Shown here in pieces: positions 57,201 to 64,000 of a stretch of DNA of 64,000 nucleotides (positions are counted from its first letter, which is position 1; each line of letters begins with the position of its first letter). Source of the stretch: Candidatus Bathyarchaeia archaeon. GTDB taxonomy: Bacteria; Hydrogenedentota; Hydrogenedentia; Hydrogenedentales; SLHB01. The stretch covers positions 9,830 through 73,829 of the forward strand of contig DATKVG010000160.1 of the NCBI GenBank assembly GCA_035530195.1, given 5' to 3'. The translations under genes were made by a program, and so were the position numbers. A model generated the notes under the pieces. The model saw only the letters and a list, made by a program, of their open reading frames with translations, was not told the DNA's origin and did not search any database.

Positions 57201-57552
57201 ACCGCGTGTCCGGCGACGACTTCCGTTTCGCCACCATGCATGGGTTGTAGTCTTCGGCTGGGAACGCGTCCACCCGGAAAAAGAACGCCACCGTTGTCTG
57301 GTCCACATCAAGCGGCGCCGATTGCTCGACCGTGGCAAAGCCCCCGCCGAATACGGCCGCTCGGCCCACCACGCCTTCGGCGAAAGTCACCGCACCATTG
57401 GCCACACCATTCATAGACCCTTTCGAGTCGTTCAAATCCCCGTCCATGCGCCAGTAGCCAATCAACCCCGCCATCTTGCCCGCCGTTTCGGCGAAACCCG
57501 GCGCTGGAGGTTCCGCCGAAATAAACGTCAGCATTGCAAACAAAGAAACCAT
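54241..57552 (-). CDS. GH116 family beta-glucosidase/glucosylceramidase-like enzyme with an N-terminal LamG/concanavalin-like domain, secreted
   Basis: I prefer ATG 57552 (MVSLFAMLTFISA). The LamG-like region has GYWRMDGDLNDS..LIIFDRPL. The GH116 N-terminal region has ISLPVGGIGTGVIHYNGNAEPHVWQIFNNY. The catalytic region has DQVLGQWWANQLDLG and YADEVWTGTEYSAAAAM. Confidence 0.85.
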   Translation of the reverse strand: MVSLFAMLTFISAEPPAPGFAETAGKMAGLIGYWRMDGDLNDSKGSMNGVANGAVTFAEGVVGRAAVFGGGFATVEQSAPLDVDQTTVAFFFRVDAFPAEDYNPCMVAKRKSSPDTRFSIHVMKGSGGVALWNGQGLVTADPPLGPIQPGEWHHFCATADTSMTRIYIDGVQCASIGGLPRREAKNLPLMIGASSPAGEEKFTGAIDELIIFDRPLPAEEVAGLVDAVGWKERRVAVVEALEQRLEEKQKKIDERRKEDAAKVVERLNDLALTARGETRVYEGDHLAAISLPVGGIGTGVIHYNGNAEPHVWQIFNNYNWVRVPESYMAVRAQVKGQEPVVRALQTAAVGKFSSMETLQFRGEYPFGWFDFIDSQLPVKVSLEVFNPLVPLDARDSAIPCVISNVTVTNTGNEPVEVDLLAAQLNAVGFAGKKEIDGRAHAGFGKNVNRIVKIKNGQALHMTADRPKETAGNGDMALAVLNGKATGSADWPQPDAAYDVFLKDGASGGPRTAGPSKDGETVAGAVVSSLTVAPGKSERVTFVLGWHFPNVTHGNIKEKWNPTGNMYANWYEDACAVVRDVSKRLAELTDETRAYHDTMYASNLPRYLLDRVTSQMAVLRSPTCFWAKDGYFGGWEGCNPAEGCCHGNCGHVWQYAQSHARLFPEIGRLMREEALSVQEPDGALPFRQPKSIKAVDAQCGEILAVYREYLLSADGEWLKPQWPRVKKAMEFTITQWDADENGALSGVQHNTLDVNVSGSTSWLGTMYVAALRASAVMAGLQGDAEAQGRFSRVADAGAKIQNETLYNGEYYIQIQDASPQHDYANGCSIDQVLGQWWANQLDLGWIYPVDRVQSAMRALIHYNFHDNYRGIVQAPRKFVHDDDAGLQMIQWPRESDRPQPFTLYADEVWTGTEYSAAAAMMQAGLMNEGLMIVKAAYDRYDGRMRIGLTGGSYTSWGYSGSPFIDEECGKFYARAMSVWSLLLAAQGSSYDGPAGRIGFAPVWRPDDHVSMFTAAEGYGLFTQKQDPSGQTDRIEMRGGQLKVAQLAFETPVGKAPTGVTVTRNGSGKKLATAAPAAGPSKLAVKLEEPVVLKKGDVLEVTVKF

Positions 57553-57692
57553 GGGAAAACTCCTCCTGACATGTCTGAACCCGGACCCAAAAACCGCCCT
57601 ACCCTCATTCCCATTTCGTCCACCCTCTAAACTAGCCGGGTGGATTACCCAATGCAACTTCCCCAAGAAACCTCGAAATCCACAAGTAAAAC

Positions 57693-57762
57693 AAGCGAAA
57701 AACGGGGACTGACTCGCTTTTTTCGGCAGTTTGGAAAAAGCGTGTCTGTCCCCGCTTTTCGC
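57693..57762. repeat. 71-bp palindromic REP/MITE-like element, copy B (inverted relative to copy A)
   Basis: The reverse complement of 57693-57762 matches 20396-20466 except for one substitution, one 1-nt A-run length difference and one terminal mismatch. It starts 3 nt after the hydC stop codon. Confidence 0.9.
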
Positions 57763-57764
57763 AA

Positions 57765-58301
57765 TCAGTCCCCCTTTTTTGCTTTTTCCAGGTAACGTTC
57801 GAGGATGGCGGGGATTTGGTCGGTGGTGATGGGTCCGTGGACTTCGTCTTCGATCATGATGACGGGAGCGAGGCCGCATGTGCCGAGGCATCTTGAGCCT
57901 TCGAGGGAAAATACGCCGTCGGTGCTGGTTTCGCCGTAGTCGATGCCGAGCTCTTCTTTGAGTTTCTGGGCAACGCGTTCGGCGCTCTTGACGTAGCAGG
58001 CGGTGCCGATGCAGACGTGGATGACGAATTTGCCGCGGGGGCGGAGGCGGAAGTAGTGGTAGAAGGTTGCGACTCCCGAGACGCGCGCGGCGGGTACTTG
58101 CATGAGCTGTGCGACGGCGTCGATGCGCTCGGGGCTGAGCCAGCCGAATTGGCCCTGCACCATGTGGAGGACCTGGATGAGGTGGCTCTTGGCTTCTGGT
58201 CCGCCTCGACGGGCTTCGATAAAGTCGACAATCTCGGGTGAGAGAGCGGCTTTTGATTTGGTTTCGATTTCGGGCCAGTTGTCTTTTTCCAGGGTTTTCA
58301 T
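57765..58301 (-). CDS. hydC: NuoE/HydC/HndA-type thioredoxin-like [2Fe-2S] subunit of a multimeric [FeFe] hydrogenase
   Basis: I prefer ATG 58301 (ATGA overlap with the hydA stop). The Cys ligands are CIGTACYV and CLGTCGLAP. The Arg/Pro-rich 84-codon extension in the ORF track is rejected. Confidence 0.85.
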   Translation of the reverse strand: MKTLEKDNWPEIETKSKAALSPEIVDFIEARRGGPEAKSHLIQVLHMVQGQFGWLSPERIDAVAQLMQVPAARVSGVATFYHYFRLRPRGKFVIHVCIGTACYVKSAERVAQKLKEELGIDYGETSTDGVFSLEGSRCLGTCGLAPVIMIEDEVHGPITTDQIPAILERYLEKAKKGD

Positions 58302-60061
58302 CGTATACCTCGGGGCTCTTTTGCGGAATACTGCGTGTGGAGCAGTTCGTGTGCTTTTCCGGCGCCGGGTTTTCCGAGGAACTTCTCGTAGAGTTCCTTG
58401 ATCGCGGGGTTCTGGTGTGAGCGGCGCAGTGTTTTTGCGCCGTCGATGGCGTAGAGTGCGGCCGCGCGTTTTCGCAGCAGTTCGGGGTCGAGTACTTTGA
58501 CGCCTTTGGGGGGGTATGGCTGGCCGCCGCCGCCGATGCAGCCGCCGGGACATGCCATGACCTCGATCACGTGGAATTCTTTTTCGCCGCTGACGACCAT
58601 GTCGAGCAGGTGCTTGGCGTTTGTGAGGCCGTTTGCGACGCCGATTCGGAGGACTTTTCCGCCAAGTTCGATAAGGGCTTCGCGCACGCCTTCGACGGCT
58701 CTGACCTCGGCGAATTCGAGCCTGTCGCCGGGTTTTCCGGTGACGAACTCGGACGCGGTTCGGAGTGTGGCTTCCATGACGCCGCCGGTCGAGCCGAAGA
58801 TGTCGCCGGCGCCGGTGGCGATGCCGAGGGGCGCGTCGAACTCACCGTCGTCGAAGCGGGTGAAACTCATGCCGTAGCATTCGATCATCCAAATGAGTTC
58901 GCGTGTGGTGATGACGGCGTCGGTGTAGGGTTTTCCGTTCGGCATGCGGTGTTCGGGGCGGGCGATTTCGTATTTTTTCGCCACGCACGGCATGACGGCG
59001 ACGGAGAAAATGTCGTCGGGATCGATCCCGGCCTGTTCGGCGTAGAAGGTCTTGACCATAGTGGACATCATGCTCATGGGCGACTTGCACGTCGAGGCGT
59101 TCGGGATCAGGCTCGGGTAGAACTTTTCCATAAAGCTGATCCAGCCGGGCGAGCACGAGGTGATCATGGGAAGCGGCCCTTCGCCGCCCAGCCTGCGGAG
59201 AAACTCGCTGGCTTCTTCGAAAATGGTGAGGTCGGCGCCGAGGTCGGTATCGAAGACTTTGTCAAACCCGAGCGTGCGTAGCGCGGAGATCATTTTTCCC
59301 GTTGCGGGTGTTCCGGGGGCGAGGCCAAACCCTTCGCCGATCGCGGCGCGGATCGACGGGGCGGTTTGTACGACCACGTGTTTTTGGGGATTGGCGAGTG
59401 CGGCCCAGACGGCATCGGTGTTGCTTCGTTCGAGAAACGCGGCGGTCGGGCAGACGTTGATGCACTGCCCGCACTGGATGCAGACCGAGTCGTCCATGTG
59501 GGCGAGGTGGGCCGGTGCGACCAGCGTGTTGAACCCACGGTAGTGCTGGCTGAGGTTATAGACACCCTGGACTTCCGCGCAGACGCGGGTGCAGCGGCCG
59601 CAGAGGATGCATTTTTCCCCGTTGCGTATGACGGCCCGGCTCGAGGCTTCGAGCGGGATGTGCTTACGCCGGCCTTCCCAGAACCGCTCGCGGACCCCCA
59701 TGGCGTAGGCGAGGTTTTGGAGCTCGCAGTTCGAGTCGCGCTCACAGGTCTGGCATTCCTTGGGGTGGTTGTCGAGAATGAGCTCGACGATGTCACGCCG
59801 GGCCTGGCGGATGTCGGGCGACGCGGTCTGGACGACCATCCCGGGCATGACCGGCGTGCTGCACGATGCCGCGAACGCTTCTGTGCCTTTGACGGCGACG
59901 ATGCACACGCGGCACGCGCCCGCGAGGCTGAGGTCCGGGTGGTAGCAGAGCCGCGGCACGTGCACGCCGATGGTTTCCGCGGCTTCCATGATGGACGTGC
60001 CCGCGGGAACCCTAACTTCCCGGTCGTCTATGGTGAGCGTAATCAGTTTCGCTTCGTTCAT
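58298..60061 (-). CDS. hydA: [FeFe] hydrogenase catalytic subunit (HydA/HndD, multimeric NAD(P)/ferredoxin-linked type)
   Basis: The N-terminus has a [2Fe-2S] ferredoxin domain (CRVC), the His-ligated cluster HPKECQTCERDSNC and two [4Fe-4S] motifs (CILCGRCTRVC, CIQCGQCINVCP). The H-cluster motifs are TSCSPGW, MPCVAKKYE and EVMACPGGCIGGGGQP. The tail is SSU-like. ATG 60061 lies 2 nt after the hydB stop. Confidence 0.9.
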   Translation of the reverse strand: MNEAKLITLTIDDREVRVPAGTSIMEAAETIGVHVPRLCYHPDLSLAGACRVCIVAVKGTEAFAASCSTPVMPGMVVQTASPDIRQARRDIVELILDNHPKECQTCERDSNCELQNLAYAMGVRERFWEGRRKHIPLEASSRAVIRNGEKCILCGRCTRVCAEVQGVYNLSQHYRGFNTLVAPAHLAHMDDSVCIQCGQCINVCPTAAFLERSNTDAVWAALANPQKHVVVQTAPSIRAAIGEGFGLAPGTPATGKMISALRTLGFDKVFDTDLGADLTIFEEASEFLRRLGGEGPLPMITSCSPGWISFMEKFYPSLIPNASTCKSPMSMMSTMVKTFYAEQAGIDPDDIFSVAVMPCVAKKYEIARPEHRMPNGKPYTDAVITTRELIWMIECYGMSFTRFDDGEFDAPLGIATGAGDIFGSTGGVMEATLRTASEFVTGKPGDRLEFAEVRAVEGVREALIELGGKVLRIGVANGLTNAKHLLDMVVSGEKEFHVIEVMACPGGCIGGGGQPYPPKGVKVLDPELLRKRAAALYAIDGAKTLRRSHQNPAIKELYEKFLGKPGAGKAHELLHTQYSAKEPRGIR

Positions 60062-60063
60062 GG

Positions 60064-62253
60064 CTATATCCTGTTGACGGCGTCGAACCGGCACACTTCA
60101 AAGCACGCGCCACACTTGATGCACCGTTCCTGGCCAATGACGTGCGGCTCGCGTCGGTTTCCGGAAATGCACGCGACGGGGCACTTCCGTGCGCAGGCGG
60201 TGCAGCCGGTGCATTTTTCCGGGTCTATTTCGTAACGGACCAGCGCGGTGCACTTTCGCGCGGGGCATCGTTTCTCGATCACGTGCGCCTCGTACTCGTC
60301 TCGGTAGTGGGTGAGCGTGCTGAGCACCGGGTTTGGCGCGGCCCTGCCAAGCCCGCACAAAGACGACCGTTTCACGAGCCGGGCCAGCCGTTCGAGCCGC
60401 TCGAGATCTTCGAGCGTGCCGGTCCCCGAGGTGATTCTCTCGAGGATCTCGAGCATCCGGGTGGTGCCTTCGCGGCATGGAGTGCATTTGCCGCAGGACT
60501 CGTCCTGGGAGAACGTGATGAAAAACTTCGCGATATCGACCATGCACGCGTCGTCGTCCAAGACAATCATGCCGCCGCTGCCCATGATCGAGCCGGCCTG
60601 GGTGAGGGTGTCGAAATCGATGGGCGTGTCTATCCATTTTTCAGGGATGCACCCGCCCGCGGGCCCGCCGGTCTGGATGGCCTTGAGTTTCTTGCCGGCT
60701 GCCACGCCGCCGCCGATCTCGTTTACGACCTGGCGGAGGGTGGTGCCCATGGGGACTTCGACAAGGCCCGTATGCCGCACTTTTCCGGCCAGGGCAAACA
60801 CTTTCGTGCCGCCGCTCTTGTCGCTTCCGATACGGCTGAACCATTCTGCGCCGAAGTTGAGGATGGCGGGGACGTTGGCGAGCGTCTCGACGTTGTTGAT
60901 GACGGTAGGTTTTCCCCAGAGGCCGCGTTCGGTCGGAAAGGGCGGGCGTATTCTGGGCTGGCCCCGCTCGCCTTCGATCGAGTGGATAAGGGCGGTTTCT
61001 TCGCCGCAAACGAACGCGCCCGCCCCAAGCCGGATCTCGAGGTCGAAATCGAAGCCCGAGCCCAGGAGGTCTTTGCCAAGCAGGCCCCACTCGCGGCACG
61101 TGTCGATGGCGTGCTGAACCCGCTTGATCGCGAGCGGGTATTCAGCCCGGACATAATAAAACCCGCGGGACGCCCGGATCGCGTAGCCCGCGATCAGCAT
61201 GCCCTCGAGCACGCTGAACGGGTCGGATTCGAGCATGCTCCGGTCCATGAACGCGCCGGGGTCGCCTTCGTCGGCGTTGCAGATGATAAACCGCTCGGTT
61301 TGGGGGCTCTTGATGGCGTGCGCCCATTTGGCGCCGGTTGGGAATCCGCCGCCGCCCCGGCCCCGCAGGCGCGACCGGGTGATTTCGTCGACGACGAAGT
61401 TGGGCTCGCCGCGGCCCAAAACTTTCGCGAGCGCCGCGAACCCCATGTAGTTGAGATACTCTTCAATGCTTTCGGGATCGAGTACGCCGCAGTTGCGCAG
61501 CGCGATCCGGCTTTGCTTGCTGAAAAAGGCCACGTCCCCGTAGATGTCGAAGAAGCGGCGGGCCAGCAGTTCGTCGCTCACTCGCAGCCCGTCGACCACC
61601 CTGCCCGCGAGGATGTGTTCGCGAACGATGGATTCGACGTCTTGTTCGCCGCGGACGAAATACAGGATGTTTTCCGGCAGAAGGAGGATATGGCTGTAGA
61701 TGCCTTCGACCTTGTGCTGGCACGCGCCGAGGCACGTCACCTCCGAGAACCGGACTTCGTCACGCGCCATCCCGGCCTCGACGAGCTTTTTGGAGAAGAT
61801 TTCGGGCCAGTCGATCGAGTAGGTGGGACAGCATCGTTCGTTTGCACAGAACAGGATTTCGTGTTGGGCGAGTTTTTCAAAAGGTCCGTCGAGTACGTGT
61901 TCGAGGACGAGTTCGCCGTTAAGGACGTGCGATGTGAAAATCTTGTGGACGAGATCGCGGTCAACCCGCTCATATTTCACCGGAATCTGGTTGGGCCTGA
62001 ATATGCCCACGATCGGTTCCCGGCTGCAACGGCCGGTGCAGCCCGTCTTCCGCAAGATAATGTCGTTGCGGCCGGACGCCGCAATGTGCTTGCGGATCTC
62101 GTCGTAAACGGCCAGCGAGCCGGCGGCATGTTCGCAGGTGGCCGAACCCACCTGAATGAACGTTTGCGTACCTTCGCCGGGCCGTTGCGCGCGGGCTTTG
62201 GCGCGGGCCAGCAGCCCTTCAAACTTCTCAAAAACAGGGTTTGTCGCACTCAT
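60064..62253 (-). CDS. hydB: NuoF-type flavoprotein subunit (HydB/HndC) with extra N-terminal thioredoxin-like ferredoxin domains and C-terminal 2x[4Fe-4S]
   Basis: The NAD/FMN site is GRGGGGFPTGAKW. Also present are ESCGKCTPCREG and the C-terminal CTGCTACARKCP and CIKCGACFEVC. The N-terminus has GCTGRCSREP and TCLGACQHK domains. ATG 62253 follows a GAGG SD; the TTG at 62259 in the track is less likely. Confidence 0.9.
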   Translation of the reverse strand: MSATNPVFEKFEGLLARAKARAQRPGEGTQTFIQVGSATCEHAAGSLAVYDEIRKHIAASGRNDIILRKTGCTGRCSREPIVGIFRPNQIPVKYERVDRDLVHKIFTSHVLNGELVLEHVLDGPFEKLAQHEILFCANERCCPTYSIDWPEIFSKKLVEAGMARDEVRFSEVTCLGACQHKVEGIYSHILLLPENILYFVRGEQDVESIVREHILAGRVVDGLRVSDELLARRFFDIYGDVAFFSKQSRIALRNCGVLDPESIEEYLNYMGFAALAKVLGRGEPNFVVDEITRSRLRGRGGGGFPTGAKWAHAIKSPQTERFIICNADEGDPGAFMDRSMLESDPFSVLEGMLIAGYAIRASRGFYYVRAEYPLAIKRVQHAIDTCREWGLLGKDLLGSGFDFDLEIRLGAGAFVCGEETALIHSIEGERGQPRIRPPFPTERGLWGKPTVINNVETLANVPAILNFGAEWFSRIGSDKSGGTKVFALAGKVRHTGLVEVPMGTTLRQVVNEIGGGVAAGKKLKAIQTGGPAGGCIPEKWIDTPIDFDTLTQAGSIMGSGGMIVLDDDACMVDIAKFFITFSQDESCGKCTPCREGTTRMLEILERITSGTGTLEDLERLERLARLVKRSSLCGLGRAAPNPVLSTLTHYRDEYEAHVIEKRCPARKCTALVRYEIDPEKCTGCTACARKCPVACISGNRREPHVIGQERCIKCGACFEVCRFDAVNRI

Positions 62254-62265
62254 ACGCAACCTCGA

Positions 62266-64000
62266 TTACTGTTTTAGGCTCTCGAGGAGTTGGGCCATTT
62301 TGGCCCGGGTGTCCCGTATTCTGCACCATCTTTTCCAGGCCACGGCGCGGTCGCCCGCGGGGCCCAGCGAGCCGGGGACAGTCCCGTCCTGGTCGCGGCC
62401 GCAGAAGTTGGCGATTTGGGAGGCTTCTTCACCCAGCAGGTTACGCGCTTGTTCGACAGTTTTGGGCGCCCGCCCTTCGCGTTCGGCTTTGCCGGCGGCG
62501 TCGCGAAGCACGCAGAGCATCGAGTAGTCCTCGATACCGTCGCGGATGGCTTCCCACCGCTTACTGGGAACGACGCCGTTCCCCTGGTAGATGAGAAGGT
62601 ACTCGCGGTCGGCGCGGTACCACGGGTCGTCCTTCGAGGTGCAATACGACCAGAACCCGATTCCGGTGAGACCGTAGTGCCACGCCAGCCACGCCTGGCC
62701 GCGGTAGTAGCCGAGCGCCGACTGATGCTTGGCGTTATCGTCGCACTCGTAAGTCCAGACTTGCGCGCCGGTGGATTTGATGAATTCGAGCTTGTCCTGG
62801 TTTTGCTTGATCAGGTACCCGTTGCGGTTGGGACACCAGATGTCGACATACGGCGCCATAGCCCTAAGTTCTTCCATCGTGCACCGGCCGACGGGGTCCG
62901 TGTACATCCGGATTTTCGGATCGGCTTCCCGCGCCAGCTTGCCCATAGCGATATGGATGTCGGAGAGACCCGGGTTGAGCCCGGGTTCGTCGACCGGGTA
63001 TAGGGCAAATCCGTCGTAGCCGACGCCCAGTTGGGCGAGGTGGGCAACCCATTGGCGGAGGTACTGGACGTGGGCCTTTTTCCACCCGTCCGACGATTGC
63101 GGAGCACCTTTCAACGCGCCCTGGTAGCCGCAAAACAGGATCATGCCGTGCGGCGCATACCGTTTGACGTAGTCATCGTGTTCGACGAAGTCGATCGGAC
63201 CGACAAGGTTTCCCGCGTCATCGCAGGTGGCCTGCGGGAACTGTATCCCGACGAACACGTTTGTGCCGTGGCTGACTTGGTCGTCCAGCGCGGCTTGGGG
63301 CTGGTCTTTAAGCACCGAGGTGTGGACGTAGCCCCAGTGGCACAGGCGGAGGGGCTGCTTTTCCGGCAAGTGCGCGTTATATACCTCCACGCCAAAGGTC
63401 GCGACGGCCGTGACCGACTCCACATCGAGCGAGCGGAACTTCAGTTCGCCGTCCCAGGAGCCGGGTGTCAGCTCGGTGGCGTCGATAGTCAGCCACACTT
63501 GGCGGGCGTCCCAGGGCGGCACAATTATCGCGTTGGCCTCGTTGAGCAGCGGAAGGGCGTCCCAGGCGTAATCGAGCATCTGCGTCGGCACAGGGAGCAC
63601 CTCACGGGCAGTGACCGCGTGTTTCTGGACATCTCCCTGCTTGAGGGGCTCGACATAGACGCGAAACGCGCGCGGCCGGTCGGAGAAGTTGAAAAGATTA
63701 AATGCCGCGGATTCGACTTCCCCGATAAAGGCGTGGATCGATCCGCAGTCGGGTACGCCCAAAACAAGTTCCGTGCGTGGCACAATCCGCACCTGCCCAC
63801 GCCCGGCAAAGGTGTCTGCCAACTCGTCCGCGCCGCCAAAGGGCGCCCAAGGGTTTGCCGGAAAGGCGGCGACGCTTGACCCGCGCATTACGGCGGCCCT
63901 CGCCATTGCGGCCATGGGCACGGCAGCGGCCCGCAATTCGGCGAATTCGTCAGCGAGCGCGGTGCGCTCGCCGCCGCTCATGGCGCCGGCGAGCATGGCA
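62266..64000 (-). CDS. DUF4091-like (GH123-related) protein, paralogue of 51148..53544. The 5' end is at or beyond the window edge.
   Basis: PVDEP..DIWCPNR..EAIRDGIEDYSML aligns with the same motifs in the 828-aa protein. ATG 63996 is the first start visible, but the frame is still open at position 64000. Confidence 0.5.
   Translation of the reverse strand, partial: AMLAGAMSGGERTALADEFAELRAAAVPMAAMARAAVMRGSSVAAFPANPWAPFGGADELADTFAGRGQVRIVPRTELVLGVPDCGSIHAFIGEVESAAFNLFNFSDRPRAFRVYVEPLKQGDVQKHAVTAREVLPVPTQMLDYAWDALPLLNEANAIIVPPWDARQVWLTIDATELTPGSWDGELKFRSLDVESVTAVATFGVEVYNAHLPEKQPLRLCHWGYVHTSVLKDQPQAALDDQVSHGTNVFVGIQFPQATCDDAGNLVGPIDFVEHDDYVKRYAPHGMILFCGYQGALKGAPQSSDGWKKAHVQYLRQWVAHLAQLGVGYDGFALYPVDEPGLNPGLSDIHIAMGKLAREADPKIRMYTDPVGRCTMEELRAMAPYVDIWCPNRNGYLIKQNQDKLEFIKSTGAQVWTYECDDNAKHQSALGYYRGQAWLAWHYGLTGIGFWSYCTSKDDPWYRADREYLLIYQGNGVVPSKRWEAIRDGIEDYSMLCVLRDAAGKAEREGRAPKTVEQARNLLGEEASQIANFCGRDQDGTVPGSLGPAGDRAVAWKRWCRIRDTRAKMAQLLESLKQ

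Noticed and set aside
57552-57891. Long N-terminal extensions in ORF-track calls: 54241..57891, 57765..58553, 43394..46018, 51148..53634, 30659.. and 8445..
   Set aside because: The extensions are Arg/Pro/Ser/His-rich. They run through intergenic repeats or neighbouring genes. Internal ATGs with SD sequences give proper signal peptides or operon overlaps, so the shorter starts were used.

Overview
This is a visibly GC-rich bacterial chromosomal segment (composition not computed). It holds about 45 credible protein genes, one tRNA-Ser(GCU), one IS110-family insertion sequence and many short intergenic repeats. The gene content suggests a PVC-type or allied candidate-phylum glycan degrader; this taxonomic guess is inference only. 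Supporting genes are a DUF1559/H-X9-DG pseudopilin, a Cys-type sulfatase, GH116, a GH89 remnant, malectin and FGE-fold fusion proteins, a TAT-exported Gfo/Idh/MocA oxidoreductase and a YfhO-like membrane protein. A HydABC-type [FeFe] hydrogenase operon, a fused NfnAB-like oxidoreductase and PfkA indicate fermentative, ferredoxin-based anaerobic metabolism. Gene order from left to right is as follows. A PTS EIIA fragment is followed by a sugar-kinase/PIG-L/class-III ABC importer block, a ceramidase-like gene, IS110 and a DUF1559 pseudopilin. Next come NfnAB, a Gfo/Idh/MocA oxidoreductase, tRNA-Ser and a sigma-54 regulator with a 4-gene pseudopilin-like operon. These are followed by a sulfatase, pheA, a UvrD/PcrA helicase and three very large secreted carbohydrate-related proteins. 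A gloB-like/unknown/pfkA/gloA-like operon comes next. It is followed by two unknown genes, a purine permease, YfhO, the GH89 remnant, an SDR and a FAD oxidoreductase. The window ends with an ABC pair lacking an ATPase, a DUF4091-like gene, GH116, hydBAC and a second DUF4091-like gene. The candidates I consider most worth follow-up are listed here:
- An orphan sigma-54 enhancer-binding protein with a near-consensus -24/-12 promoter drives a pseudopilin-only operon whose proteins carry Ca-loop motifs.
- The hydrogenase has a deviant H-cluster L1 motif (TSCSPGW) and an HndB-like domain fused to HydB.
- A secreted protein fuses a beta-propeller, two CxxCH motifs and an FGE fold that lacks the catalytic Cys pair.
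- A 71-bp palindromic element occurs twice in inverted orientation 37 kb apart.
- The IS110 element has a highly structured 5' non-coding region that is a candidate bridge RNA.
All functional calls come from motif recognition by eye. No searches were run.
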